Position numbers and translations under genes: made by a program | Shown here: positions 38,877 through 51,447 of the stretch, in pieces | Numbering within the stretch: the first letter of the stretch is position 1 | Layout: every line of letters begins with the position of its first letter | The notes under the pieces: model-generated | Seen by the model: only the letters and a program-made list of their open reading frames with translations | The model's database searches: none | What the model was told of the DNA's origin: nothing | Origin: Chiloscyllium plagiosum | Taxonomy: Eukaryota | Length of the DNA stretch: 64,000 bases | Direction: 5' to 3' | Assembly (NCBI RefSeq): GCF_004010195.1 | Contig: NC_057713.1 | Location: 39,051,555 to 39,115,554 of the forward strand

Positions 38877-39359
38877 TTAGCTAATGGTGAGCTCAAATCA
38901 TGAGGTGCACTTGTTCAGATCTACAAGCTTTTAGTAAATGCAGCGCCAGGGACCTGGGTTCGATTCCAATCTGGGGTGACTGTGTGGAGTTTGTACGTTG
39001 TGCTTGTGTGGGTTTCCTCCAGCTGCTCTGGTTTACTCCCACAGTCCAAAGATGTGCAGATTAAGTGATTGGCCATACTATAGTGTCCAAGCAAGGTAGG
39101 TTAACTGTGGTAAATATGGGGTTATGAGGAAAGGGTAGGATGCTCTTCCAGGGTCAGTATGGTCTTGATGGGCAACATTGCCTCTATCTGTCCATCCAAG
39201 TCCTGAATATACTTAATGATCCAGCCTCAATAACTTTCTGCAGTAAAGAATTCCACAGATTCACTCCCCTCAGAGAAGAAATCCCTTTTCACCTCCATTT
39301 TAAGTGTGTAATCTCTTATTCTTAGATGATGTACTCCTGTCCCAAACTCTGCATGTGAA

Positions 39360-39932
39360 TTTTTATGGACCTGACTCCCTCATCAGGTCCACACCCCCCA
39401 CCAACCCAACCTCCACTCCCGGCACCTTCCCCTGCAACTGCAAGAAATGCAAAACTTACGCCCACGCTTCCCCCCTCACTTCCCTCCAAGACCCCAAGGG
39501 ATCCTCCATATCTGTCACAAATCCACCTGCACCTCCACACACATCATTTACTGCATCCGCTGCACCCGATGTGGCCTCCTCTACATTGGGGAGATAGGCC
39601 ACCTACTTGCGGAACGTTTCAGAGAACAGACTCAGCACCGCCTTCTTGAATTGCAATCTTCTTCCCGACCTCTCCGGCCCCACCCCCTCTCCGGCCTATC
39701 ACCCTCACTTTAATCTCCTTCCACCTATCGCATTCCCAATGCCCCTCCCCCAAGTCCCTCCTCCCTACCTTTTATCTTATCCTGTTTGGCACAGCTTCCT
39801 CATTCCTGAAGAAGGACTTATGCCCGAAACATCGATTCTCCGGCTCCTTGGATGCTGCCTGACCTGCTGCGTTTTTCCAGCAACACACTTTTCAGCTCTG
39901 ATCTCCAGCATCTGCAGTCCTCACTCTTTCCT
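39360..39932 (+). mobile_element. Penelope-like element 3' fragment (GIY-YIG plus terminal repeat)
   Basis: GTFPCNCKKCK...TCTSTHIIYCIRCTRCGLLYIGEIG..LAERFRE, then terminal repeat with hammerhead-like core at ~39806-39833. Confidence 0.85.
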
Positions 39933-40334
39933 CTATATCAGCTAGGTCTAGGCATAAGTTATAAGCATTCACAACCATTTATTCATATGGAATCAAACCA
40001 GGAATCAATGATTCACCTTTTGGACTCACTTGCTAAGTTTTCATAAGCAATTCGCAAATAATTTTCAAAACTATAACATACTAAACTAACTGGGAGAAGA
40101 AAGAAATTCAAGTCCCAAATATCAGGAAAGACTTGCAGCTTTTATTGTAGCTTCAGAGCTTACTAAAAACCATCTTCCATATTGCTGGATGTGGTCTGGT
40201 GAAAGGACCTGAAACATTAAACAACATGCAAACAACATTGCATGAATAAACAAATTATTTTAGAATGTGGAAAATAATATGTAAGAAGTGTGATCAATCA
40301 CAATTCTCACTTGTAACAAACAACTTACCATTAG

Positions 40335-40950
40335 TTAAAACTCACACAACACCCGGTTATAGTCCAACAGGTTTAATTGGAAGCACTAGCTTTCGGAGCG
40401 CTGCTCCTTCATCAGGTGGTTGTGGAGTACACAATTGTAAGACACAGAATTTATAGCAAAAGTTTATAGTGTGACATAACTGAAATTATACATTGAAAAA
40501 TACCTTGATTGTTTGTTGAGTCTTTCATCTGTTTGAATACCATGATAGTTTCACTCCTTTCATATGTAAATGACAAAGCGTTTTTTTTTTAAGTTACATT
40601 CTCAGGTTAATTGTAACAGTTGGTGTTCGCCAGATACTACGTTGAAGATGTTAGCCCCCTGTGTTCTCTGTCTGTGCCATAATGTTTGGACTGATTCTAA
40701 TCTAAAAAATTAGTTAACAGAGTCTTACATGAATTTATGCAGTTTTTGAGCAGAGTACAATGTAACTTTGCAAGTACAAATTCACTCCACAAACGTATAT
40801 GTATATGTGTGCATGTGGGTTTTTGTGTGTGTGTATGTATAGGAGTCTGTCTGGATTGGGGGTTGTGAGTGTGAGAGAGAGTGTATATATATGTGTATGT
40901 GAGTATAGAGTGTCTAAGTCTGTGAGGAGGTGCATGCGTGAGTGTGGGAG
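40335..40950 (-). mobile_element. Penelope-like element 3' fragment that truncates the pseudogene exon 2
   Basis: Terminal repeat of the same family as the 27252-27426 hairpin, with CACCTGATGA..GAAAGCTAGTG on the minus strand; no ORF seen. Confidence 0.7.
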
Positions 40951-41254
40951 TGCTAGAAACTGCTAGAGAGAAAGACAGAGACACAACTAACCCAAACAGA
41001 CAGCCAGACAGAGAGCTACTTCCTAACCCAGACGAATAGAGAGAAAGACAAAGACACACCTCTTAACCCAAACAGACAGTGAGAGAGAGATGCTTCTTAC
41101 CCAGAGAGAGAGACAGACAGACAGACACCTCCAAACCCAGAGATACTTCCTACATCAAACAGAAACATACCTCCTAATGCAGAGAAACAGAGACCTCTGA
41201 ACCCGGACAGACAGAGACATCTCCTCATCCAGAAAGACAGACAGCGAGACTTCA

Positions 41255-41288
41255 TTCCTGATGAAGGGCTTTTGCCCGAAACATCTAT
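41255..41288 (+). ncRNA. Hammerhead ribozyme core in a solo terminal repeat, stem III/I mutated
   Basis: CUGAUGA-A-GGGC-uuuu-GCCC-GAAA-CAUC. Confidence 0.55.
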
Positions 41289-42394
41289 TTTCCTGCTCCT
41301 CGGATGCTGCCTGACTTGCTGTGCTTTTCCAGCGCCGCACTCAAGAGTGACATCTAACTGAGAGAGAGAGAGAGAGACCTCCTAAGCCAGACAGACAGAA
41401 AGACACCTTCTTACCCAAACGATTATGCCCTCTGGTCCCGAGAGAGAGAGAGACCGCCTAAGCCAGACAGACAGAAAGACACCTTCTTACCCAAACAGAG
41501 AGGAAGAGAGATACAAAAACATTGTAACCCAGATATTCAGTCTGCCAGACAGAGCGATACCTCCTACCCCAGCCACAGGGTGGAAGAAAGAGAAACACAC
41601 ACACTTCCTAACCAAGATAGCAGGAGCTGCATCCTTGCAGTACATAAAGAGATACATTTACTAATCTAGACAGAGACAGAAAGCCATCACTTCACTCAGA
41701 TCAACAGATCACACACAGAAACACACTTAACTAAGACAGAGGCACCAGCTAACCCAGATCAACAGCACGAAGAGACAGAGAAAATTCCTAACCCAGCCTA
41801 GCAGGACACACAGAGAGGCATCTCCCAGCCATCTCAATCAGGAGAGAGAAAGAGATAGCTCTAATCCATCTTGAGACTCCTAGATTTAAAAAAGCATCCT
41901 GAATCTAAGCTGTAGCAAATGAGAGAGACCTTCTTACCCAGTCCAGCAGGACACAGATTGGAGAGAGAGAGATTGAGTAGGTTATGCCTGTACTCATTGG
42001 AATTTAGAAGAATGAAAGGCAACCTTACTGAAATGTTACAAGATTCTTAAAAGGACTCAAGAGGGTACATGCGGAAAGATTGTTTCCCCCTTGGGAGAGA
42101 CTGGGACCAGAGGGCATAATCGTAACAAGGGGCTTAAAAGAGGGACGTGGAGGATTTGCTTTCTCTAAGGGGGCAATTATTCTTTGGATTTTTTTAATCC
42201 AAAAAGGCTTTTGAGGCAGAGGTTTAAAGTATATTCAAGTTATTAGAGTTTAATAACTTGAGTATAATTCTCGTATGCTTAATATAACATACTTAAAATA
42301 CTTAATAAGTATAAGGGAATCAAGGGTTGAGGGGGAAGGCAGCAAAGTGGAACTGAGGATTACCAGATCAACCATGATTAAGTAGTGAATCAGC

Positions 42395-42500
42395 GGGGAC
42401 CATGTGCCGTACGGCGGAGTTGCAGCGGGGGGACCATGTGCCGTACGGCGGAGCTGCAGCGGGAGGACCATGTGCCGTACGGCGGAGCTGCAGCGGGGAG
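42395..42500. repeat. Three-unit copy of the 34-bp minisatellite at the end of the duplicated segment
   Basis: Same unit and same left flank (AAGTAGTGAATCAGCGGGG) as at ~20215-20235. Confidence 0.95.
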
Positions 42501-42509
42501 GGGGGGGGG

Positions 42510-42815
42510 GTTATGATAGAGTATTCTTCTCCTCCTTTATCTCCAAGAATAGAGGAGTGGCTGTACTGGTAAGAAGGAACCTCCTATTCCAGGTAACTGA
42601 GCAAACTAAGAACGAACATAGATGGTTCATTATTCTTAAAGCTCTAATACATGGAGGACAGTATGGCGTCCTGAATGCTTATTGTCCTCCGGTGCATCCT
42701 CTTAAATTTCTAATTGATGCAGTTGCTAAATTAATGAATCTTGGGGTGTACTGCACAATATAGGAGGGGATTTTAACTGTCTAATGGATCCCAGAGTAAA
42801 TAGAATGCCAAGGGG
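42510..42815 (+). mobile_element. L1-clade LINE endonuclease fragment
   Basis: FSSFISKNRGVAVLVRRNL...VLNAYCPP, followed after a disruption by a GGDFN-like motif (GGAGGGGATTTTAAC). Confidence 0.75.
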
Positions 42816-42842
42816 CCTAGCAGGTACATCCGTGCAAGCTGG

Positions 42843-42922
42843 AGCGCGGAGGGAGCGCGGAGGGAGTGCGGAGGGAGTGCGGAGGGAGTGCGGAGGGAGT
42901 GCGGAGGGAGTGCGGAGGGAGC
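42843..42922. repeat. 11-bp G-rich tandem repeat (GCGGAGGGAGT)n
   Basis: About 7 units directly visible. Confidence 0.9.
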
Positions 42923-42954
42923 GGGTGTGACCGCCCGAAGTGGCTGTTACTCAC

Positions 42955-43127
42955 AGACATTGGCCGTGCCTTTGGGGATTGGGAGGTAGGAGCCTGCAGT
43001 CCAAGGCCGCCCATGGAAACCGTCGTTGCAGCTGCCACAGTCCTGGCCCGTGGTGTTGTGCTCACACTGACAGCTCAGCCTCCCATTCTCCAGGATACAG
43101 TTGTTGGCGTGAAGATGGCACCTACAC
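42955..43127 (-). CDS. Netrin-G family protein, laminin EGF-like 1 exon
   Basis: CRCHLHANNCILENGRLSCQCEHNTTGQDCGSCNDGFHGRPWTAGSYLPIPKGTANV(C); 173 nt; ccccAG / GTGAGT; in frame with the 644-nt exon. Confidence 0.92.
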
Positions 43128-45385
43128 CTGGGGACAGACAAGGACAAGCTGCTTCGGAACACGGTCACTCACTCCGTTCAGGAAAACACTCTGTGTAGAG
43201 GCTGTCTGTGTCTCTGCCAACAACAACACCGGGCTCCTCACTCACTCACATTCACAGCAACAGACAGGCCTGTTGCTCATTGTCCGTCTACTCATTCATC
43301 ATCAGAACCTCAACAACAACAACAACTGTGGGGCAGGGGTGAGCATCATCATCAGCTCAACTGCCCCCTCGCTCCACAGAGAAACTCCCTGCATTTATAT
43401 AGCACCCGACACAATCTCCAGTTGTCCTGTCACTTTGCAATTTTGTTCAAACACACTGAAGTCCTCAGGAGGCCATGGAAATACCAGTTGTTGTTGTTGT
43501 TGTAGTTTCTTGCTGCTCTGAAAGGAAGCTTGTACATTTACGTAGCACCATTAACAGAGGAAACAATCCCGCGGTGATTCCCGGAAGTGATTATGAAAGT
43601 GAATTTGACACTGAGCCTCGACGGGGGTGGGGAGATATTGAGGGAGGGACTGGACCCCAGGCCAAAGAGAGTGGTTTATGGAGGGTGTCAATGTTGGGGG
43701 AGCGAGATGGCGAGACAGGGAGGGGTAGTGGGGGAGTTGGAGAGCTCAGGGTTCAGGCAGCTGAAGGCAGGACAGCCAATACTGAGAGAGAACTTCACTC
43801 TCAATGACCTTTGGGAGATTCAGAGAGTCTGATCCAGACCAACCTCCCAGTGAGCAGTGAAGTCCCATCCATCCCCCCCCCCCCCCCCCCCCCCCCCCGT
43901 GACTGAACATTCCCCTCCTTCCCAATGTCTCCTACTGTGTTTGAGTTCCTCTCCTGTGTAACACCCTGAGACATTTCACTGTGTGGAAGGTGCTATGGAA
44001 ATGCAAATTGGGATTGTTTAATTGATGTGATTGTGTGAGGCCCCAAGTGTTTCAGTGTGTGAACAGTTTCCTCAGTGAATCTGTGCTGATAACATCCAGT
44101 CGGCCTGTAACTCAGCACAAAGCTTCCAAATCTGCAGATTGTCCCTTGTACATTTTGCAAATTGGCATTTCTGGGGATATTTTACTAAACTAAGCAAAAC
44201 GCAGACAGCTCCTTGGAGACAGGGGAAGGGCAGCATCAACATTTTACTGCTGCTGTTCTCTAATTAGTGTTTGAAGATTCTCCAGCACGAAAACTTGGAG
44301 TGAGTCTCCCAGAAGCTGACTCTGGAATAATGAGTTAATGGTTAAAGGCCCTGGAGACTGTGGGATGGTGGGATAAGGGACTCACTGTTCTGAATATTCA
44401 ACACACTGTCAGAATAGTTCACGACATTAGCAACAGCTTTCCCAGATTAAACAGGAACAAACTGTTTCCAGGATCAGGGACCAGCCAGAATCCGATTGAA
44501 AAGGGGAGAACGGGGCGATGGGGAATGAGCAGGGAGTGGGATCAACTGAACAAAGCTTTCACTGAGCTAGTACAGACTGAGGGGCTGACTGGCCTTTGCC
44601 TGTGCTGCTCAATTCTCTGGCGAGGCTGGGGATTGGCTGTGAGGTGAGCACAGGATCAGATTCTGCTGCCTGATTGGTTGGACTGAGCCAGTCAGCAGGA
44701 GCCTCAGAGCAGGCCCAGGGGAATGTGCCCCAGTGCCAAGGCTGTGGGCATACTCCTTCAGGGAAGTTAGCACAGGGACACAGGGCAGTGCTGACCGACT
44801 GCGGGAGGCATCACAATCCATCCCTGTTAAACCAGATGTGAACCCTGAGAGCAGGATTCCCGATGTCCAATCACCCAGCACCCTCCAGATGTTGCCCCTG
44901 GGAGATTATTCCCGAGGATGTTACCCCCGGACAATTCCCACCAGGTTTCCCAGAGTGACTGAGTGTGTTGGGTTTTGATAATGTCATGTGCCCAAAGTTA
45001 ACCTATAGGATTCCTTCCAGAGGTTACCCAGCAGAAGGTTACCCTGTGGTTTATTCCCAGAGAGCGGGGTCCACATGTTCCAGGGTCAAACAGCCTCCAC
45101 ATGTTAATGTGGGACAGTGTTAATCCGGAGTGTCACCCAGATGGTGACCCCAATGTCCACATGATCATGATCCCAATGGCCCCCAGGGGCCGCCCCCCCA
45201 CCCCCAGGTGTTCCCCTCTCCCAGGGGTCACCCTCCCCACCCACAGGTGATTCTGCCCCAGGGATTGCCCCCACCCCCAGGGATTGCCCCCACCCCCAGG
45301 GGCTGCCCCCAGCCCTGACGCAGTGCCCCCTGGGGCTGGGCCCTAGCCTCAGGAACCCCACGGTGGGGAGTTGGAAAGCTCTCAC

Positions 45386-46029
45386 CTGCCCCGGATGTCC
45401 AGGTTGGAGATGGCATAGAAGTATTTGGAGAGGTTCAGGGGGTCGACGCTGGTGGGGCCAGTGGCAGGCCGGAGGAGGCGCAGCCTCAGGTCAGTCACGG
45501 TGAAGAAGTCCCTCAGCTCCTTGGTAGTGTCCAGGCGGCTGTACAAGGAGGCCATATCACTGAGCCGGGGTCCCCCGAACAGGGCGAACCGCACTTGGAT
45601 CTCGAAACGCACCGTCTTCTCCAGCTTCCACACGTAGCCCCTGGAATACTCCTCGGTGCAGATAATGTCCAGGACGGAGGCAGCGGTGAGATCCTGGGCT
45701 CTCCGTGACTCCATGCCAAAGGAGTTGAGGCAGTCGACAGCGTAGAACTGATAGGGCTGCCACGTGTGGCCGTGATCGAGAGATTTCTCCAGCACCATCT
45801 GCTCTGGCCGGCCCGATTCAAAGGTGATGACAATGTCCTCGGTCAGCTCGATGCTCTTACCCCAGGACAGGGTGAGATTGACCACCAGAGGCTCCGGGAA
45901 CTGCCTCCACGAGACACTTTGCCAAAAGGTGTTGGGCACCCGGCCCTCATCGTCCACCATCAGCTCGGGCGGGTGGGCAAGCTCAGGCGTACGGGCATCA
46001 CACTCATTATTGCACATGTACGGGTTCTC
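45386..46029 (-). CDS. Netrin-G family protein, laminin N-terminal (domain VI) exon; paralog not assigned
   Basis: [24 protein letters not shown]...[27 protein letters not shown]...[13 protein letters not shown]; 644 nt open; tttctAG acceptor and GTGAG donor. Confidence 0.92.
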
Positions 46030-46061
46030 CTAGAAACAGAAACAGAGCAGGAGAAGGGTCG

Positions 46062-46898
46062 GACACTGAGGAAAGCTCCCTCTACATTGTACACCCCCAT
46101 CAAACACTCCCAGGGACTGGGACAGCACGGGGTCCCACACTGAGGAAAGCTCCCTCTACACTGTACACCCCCATCAAACACTCCCAGGGACTGGGACAGC
46201 ACGGGGTCAGACACTGGGGAAAGCTCCCTCTACACTGTACACCCCCATCAAACCCTCCCAGGGACTGGGACAGCACGGGGTCTGACACTGGGGAAAGCTC
46301 TCTCTACATTGTACACCCCCATCAAACACTCCCAGGGACTGGGACAGCACAGGGTCCCACACTGAGGAAAGCTCCCTCTACATTGTACACCCCCCATCAA
46401 ACACTCCCAGGGACTGGGACAGCACAGGGTCTGACACTGAGGAAAGCTCCCTCTACATTGTACACCCCCAATCAAACACTCCCAGGGACTGGGACAGCAC
46501 AGGGTCTGACACTGGGGGAAGCTGCCTCTACACTGTACACCCCCATCAAACACTCCCAGGGATTGGGACAGCACAGGGTCCCACACTGAGGAAAGCTCTC
46601 TCTACATTGTACACCCCCATCAAACACTCCCAGGGACTGGGACAGCACGGGGTCTGACACTGGGGAAAGCTCCCTCTACACTGTACACCCCCATCAAACA
46701 CTCCCAGGGACTGGGACAGCACGGGGTCTGACACTGGGGAAAGCTCCCTCGACACTGTACACCCCCATCAAACACTCCCAGGGATGGGACAGCACGGGGT
46801 CAGACACTGGGGAAAGCTCCCTCTACACTGTACACCCACATCAAACACTCCCAGGGACTGGGACAGCACGGGGTCTGACTCTGAGGAAAGCTCCCTCT
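46062..46898. repeat. 74-bp tandem repeat array, about 11 copies, in the netrin-G intron
   Basis: Unit approx. GACACTGAGGAAAGCTCCCTCTACATTGTACACCCCCATCAAACACTCCCAGGGACTGGGACAGCACGGGGTC; TCTACA at 46081 and 46155. Confidence 0.95.
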
Positions 46899-47240
46899 CC
46901 AAACTTTTTGATTACAGGAATATTCATTCCCTGTAATGCTCTCTGGTTAAAAGCGAAATGAATGTGTGTGTGTGTTTAATCAGGTTGCAGCGTGGAGTGG
47001 ACAGTTAGACAGCTGCAGAATGACTTTGCTGCTGGTGCTAATGATTGATGGCAGCTCTCTGACTAAACATAGCCTCACAACATAAAATATTTACACACAG
47101 GAATTATAAAACAGCACAGGATTGGGAAAGGAGATGTACGATCTCATTTTGTCCTCACTGGAACTGTGTCCCTGTCTCTGAGTGATTCCCCATCACAACA
47201 AAAACATCAGAAACAGGAACATAAGGAGACCATTCAGCGC

Positions 47241-48480
47241 GTCATAGAGATGTACAGCACAGAAACAGACCCTTCGGTCCAACCCGTCCATGCTGACCAG
47301 ATATCCCAACCCAATCTAGTCCCACCTGCCAGCACCCGGCCCATATCCCTCCAAACCCTTCCTATTCATATACCCATCCAAATGCCTCTTAAATGTTGCA
47401 ATTGTACCAGCCTCCACCACNNNNNNNNNNNNNNNNNNNNNNNNNNNNNNNNNNNNNNNNNNNNNNNNNNNNNNNNNNNNNNNNNNNNNNNNNNNNNNNN
47501 NNNNNNNNNNNNNNNNNNNNNNNNNNNNNNNNNNNNNNNNNNNNNNNNNNNNNNNNNNNNNNNNNNNNNNNNNNNNNNNNNNNNNNNNNNNNNNNNNNNN
47601 NNNNNNNNNNNNNNNNNNNNNNNNNNNNNNNNNNNNNNNNNNNNNNNNNNNNNNNNNNNNNNNNNNNNNNNNNNNNNNNNNNNNNNNNNNNNNNNNNNNN
47701 NNNNNNNNNNNNNNNNNNNNNNNNNNNNNNNNNNNNNNNNNNNNNNNNNNNNNNNNNNNNNNNNNNNNNNNNNNNNNNNNNNNNNNNNNNNNNNNNNNNN
47801 NNNNNNNNNNNNNNNNNNNNNNNNNNNNNNNNNNNNNNNNNNNNNNNNNNNNNNNNNNNNNNNNNNNNNNNNNNNNNNNNNNNNNNNNNNNNNNNNNNNN
47901 NNNNNNNNNNNNNNNNNNNNNNNNNNNNNNNNNNNNNNNNNNNNNNNNNNNNNNNNNNNNNNNNNNNNNNNNNNNNNNNNNNNNNNNNNNNNNNNNNNNN
48001 NNNNNNNNNNNNNNNNNNNNNNNNNNNNNNNNNNNNNNNNNNNNNNNNNNNNNNNNNNNNNNNNNNNNNNNNNNNNNNNNNNNNNNNNNNNNNNNNNNNN
48101 NNNNNNNNNNNNNNNNNNCAGTCTCCCATGGGGAACCTTGTCGAATGCCTTACTGAAGTCCATATAATTCACATCTACTGCTCTGCCCTCATCAATCCTC
48201 TTTGTTACTTCTTCAAAAAACTCAAATAAATTTGTGAGGCATGATTTCCCACGCACAAAGCCATGTTAACTATCCCTAATCAGTCCTTGTCTTTCCAAAT
48301 ACATCTACATCCTGTCCCTCAGGATTCCCTCCAACAACTTGCCCACCACCAACGTCAGGCTCACCGGTCTATAGTTCCCTGGCTTATCCTTCTTCAACAG
48401 TGGCACTACGTTTGCCAATCTCCAGTCTTCCAGCACCTCACCTGTGGGACTATCGATGACACAAATATCTCAGCAAGGGG
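47241..48480 (-). mobile_element. CR1/HER1-type LINE fragment interrupted by the assembly gap
   Basis: RT motif GKSCLTNLFEFFEEVTKRIDEGRAVDVNYMDFSKAFDKVPHGRL right of the gap; 3' tail left of the gap on the same strand. Confidence 0.88.
47421..48118. other. Assembly gap (698 N)
   Basis: Run of N. Confidence 1.
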
Positions 48481-49639
48481 CCCAGCAATCACTTCTCTGG
48501 TTTCCCAAAGAGTTCTAGGGTCAGCCTCTCAAGTGTGCTGTATCAGACTTGAGAGGCTGTATCCCAGACCGAGAGGGAATCTCATTGAAAGGTACAAGAT
48601 TCTGCAGCAGTTGATTGGTTCGGTACGAAGAGACTGTGTCCAATGGGAGCGTATCAAAAAACTGGATCCATGACATCCCAGACTGACATCGATGTAACGA
48701 TGGAACTTGCTGAACCCTCTGTGAGGGCTTTCCACTCATTAACAACACTCTGAGGGAAGGAGTTGTTCCTTATCTCACTCTGGATGGCTGGACCCTGATC
48801 CCAAGAATGGATCCAGCTTTTTGATTCGCTTCATGAACCCACCCATACTTCTCTGAACATTAACTTTTACAGGTTTCATCCTTTCAAAAATACTTGCCTT
48901 TTCAATCCTTACAACATCACTTCCCCACTCTCTGCCTCCCAGTATAATGTATTGACCTTGTTTTGTACACTGCGTATATTTAAGTACAACACCCTCAGTC
49001 CTGTATTGACTGACCCCATTCTCATAGTTGTCCCCTTTTTCTGCTGTGCCTGAAGTTAGGTACTTGGCCCTCTCCATTCTCTCTGTCCTATGACTTGTTC
49101 TGGAAACTCGAACCTTTGCTGTGCCCATCCCCCCTCGCCCTCCTATAGCTCTTTCCATTATTTTCCACACCACTGATCACCTCCGTCCCCCACATCCACC
49201 CACTATTCAGTTAAAAGCCCTATCCATCGCCCTAGTTATAGCATTCACCAGGACTCTGCTCTCAGCCTGATCCAGGTGAAACCCATCCCATCAGGACAGC
49301 CCCCTCCTTCCCCAGTACCGACGCCAATCTCCCCGAATTCAAACCGCTATCTCCCACACCAATCATTGAGTCACACGTTTACCTCTTTCATCTTGTTGGC
49401 TCTGTGCCAATTGGTCATAAACCCTCAATTAACGGGAAATGCTGAGGGGGAGGGAGCTACATCTGAATGGAGTTAGAGGGGGAGATAAAGCACTGTATCC
49501 CCACGGTGCCCAACTCTCTCGAAAGGCATCAAGGGCACTGATGGACACCGCGTGCTCCCCCTCCAAGGTCACCCGGGCTCGGACATAACCGTGGAAGAAT
49601 GGCAGGCAGTGGGCAGAGCTGACCCCATCCACGACCCAC

Positions 49640-50310
49640 TGCCTGGACTTGGTTCATCTGGAGATCATTACCTTTCTGATTCTGCTTTGTCATTCAGCCC
49701 CAAGCTGCTGTGTTCTCTCAGCAGAACCTCTTTCCTATTGCAACCTGGATCAATGGTTTGCAGCCAAGATCCTCCGCTCCACACTCGCAGCAATGCGCCG
49801 GCACCTAACCTCTCTACAGTCAGCCCTGCCTCAGCTGAGGGCCACACTCTCCCAGAATTGCAAAGGACCCACTCTGTACCACATCCTCAGGAGAATTCAT
49901 ACTCTCAACAAACAGTATTTCAACTCCATCTCAAACATCAAAAACTGTAAGTACAACAAACTTTTATCTACCCCGCCTCCATAACCAGCGCTCCTCAAAC
50001 ATTCCAGAAGATTCCCCCAACCTCTGGAACTATTTGGATGCCATTAGCCATGCGGCTGGTGCAGCTGCCATCCCCACGCTGATTGATGACGTCACTTCCG
50101 CCCCCATCATGGCCATTCCCACAGCCACTTCCGCCCCTCACAATTGCTCATGCATCACACGTGACATCACTACCGGCCTTCACATCATCGCTGATGCCAC
50201 ACGCTCAATGACTTCCGCCACCCCTACTGCCGTGTCTGCCACCACTTCCGACCCCACCAGCGCCACTCACCTGCATTCTGCTGACACGCCCCCCACAGAC
50301 CCCACTGTCA
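49640..50310 (+). mobile_element. Probable Penelope-like element 5' ORF fragment
   Basis: ILRSTLAAMRRHL...TLYHILRRIHTLNKQYFNSISNIKNCKYNKLL resembles recalled Penelope N-terminal regions, followed by a low-complexity Thr/Ala/Pro tract. Confidence 0.45.
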
Positions 50311-50778
50311 CCTGGCTGACTCTTACTCAAAAGTGCTAGCTATCTTTATTTGCCCAAGCTTCATGTTAATTTTCTTTTATTTAACTTCCACTCAAGAATT
50401 AAATTCTTGTGGATCGCAGACATCTGAAACGACAGGAAAGAAGACATTCAGTCCACTGAGTATTTCCAATACAGACATGGTGTTATTAAGAATTATGATT
50501 CCAAATGGTAAGTAACTCCTAAAAGTTGCAAAAACATAGGAAAACAGCTGGAGAGTACTGGAGAAAAGAAAATGAGGTTGATGATCCTTGATAGAAAAAA
50601 AACCTCTTGCAATCTAAGATAGTTCTGTGCTTATTTGACTAACTCTTTCATTACTTTTAATATTTTTCCAAAGTCCAGTTATTTAGATGAAAAAATTCTC
50701 TGCTGTCTAATTCTATGCTGATAGCTAGGAGATTTCAAAGTTGGTATTATTCTCATGGCCTTCCTCTGACCTTTTTTT
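50311..50778 (+). repeat. ~470-bp intronic segment, copy 2
   Basis: Diverged direct repeat of 30556-31032; both give related spurious ORFs (LAIFICPSFMLIFFYLTSTQELN). Confidence 0.93.
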
Positions 50779-51257
50779 AGGTTCCTGTAATTCTCCATCA
50801 CAAAACAAGGCTAGAACCATATGTCATGTTCTGAATGAAGCCTAACTGTATTCTTGTTACAGTGATTTTGTTCAGCATTAGAATATGCATGCAATATATT
50901 CATGGATTCTATTAAAGCCTGATGGCTCTCATCATAAGTTTTTGAGTCTAGTGGGGAAATTTGAAATAGGGAACACTCATCATTCACTTTGATGTTACTT
51001 GTTTCTTCATCTCCTAGATCACATCTTCTAGATTCCCTGTCTGTGCTAGTGCATACCACATTCATTCAAACTCCACATATGAACAAATTTTTGTTTGAAT
51101 TCTGGACAAGTAGTATTGCTGTGTACAAAAGTATGCTGTTAACATGTATTAAAACATAATGCCTTTCTTTTAAACTAATTATCACAGCCAGAAAACAAAT
51201 AACTGTGATTAACATTGTGCTGTATTGATCAATTTTATTATAAATCCTATCTTACAG

Positions 51258-51447
51258 GTGTAGATCTGTCTAAACTAGAAAGGCGACCAAATGTGGCCAA
51301 TATGCTATTAAGACTGGATTTTAACAGAGATGTAAAAGAGAGACTTCTGTTCCTAAAGGATATAGGAGTAGATGATCATTTGCTTGGAGCATTCCTCACC
51401 AGCAACCCCTTCATTCTGACTGAGGATGTGGAGAATCTACGGATGAG
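51258..51447 (+). CDS. MTERF3: MTERF3 coding exon 3
   Basis: (G)[62 protein letters not shown](R); 190 nt; AG / GTAAT. Confidence 0.95.

Noticed and set aside
45960-46755. Cys-rich repetitive ORFs (CCPSPWECLMG...)
   Set aside because: Translations of the 74-bp tandem repeat
47166-48256. ORFs of 246-333 aa
   Set aside because: They run through the N gap; only the CR1 RT fragment is real
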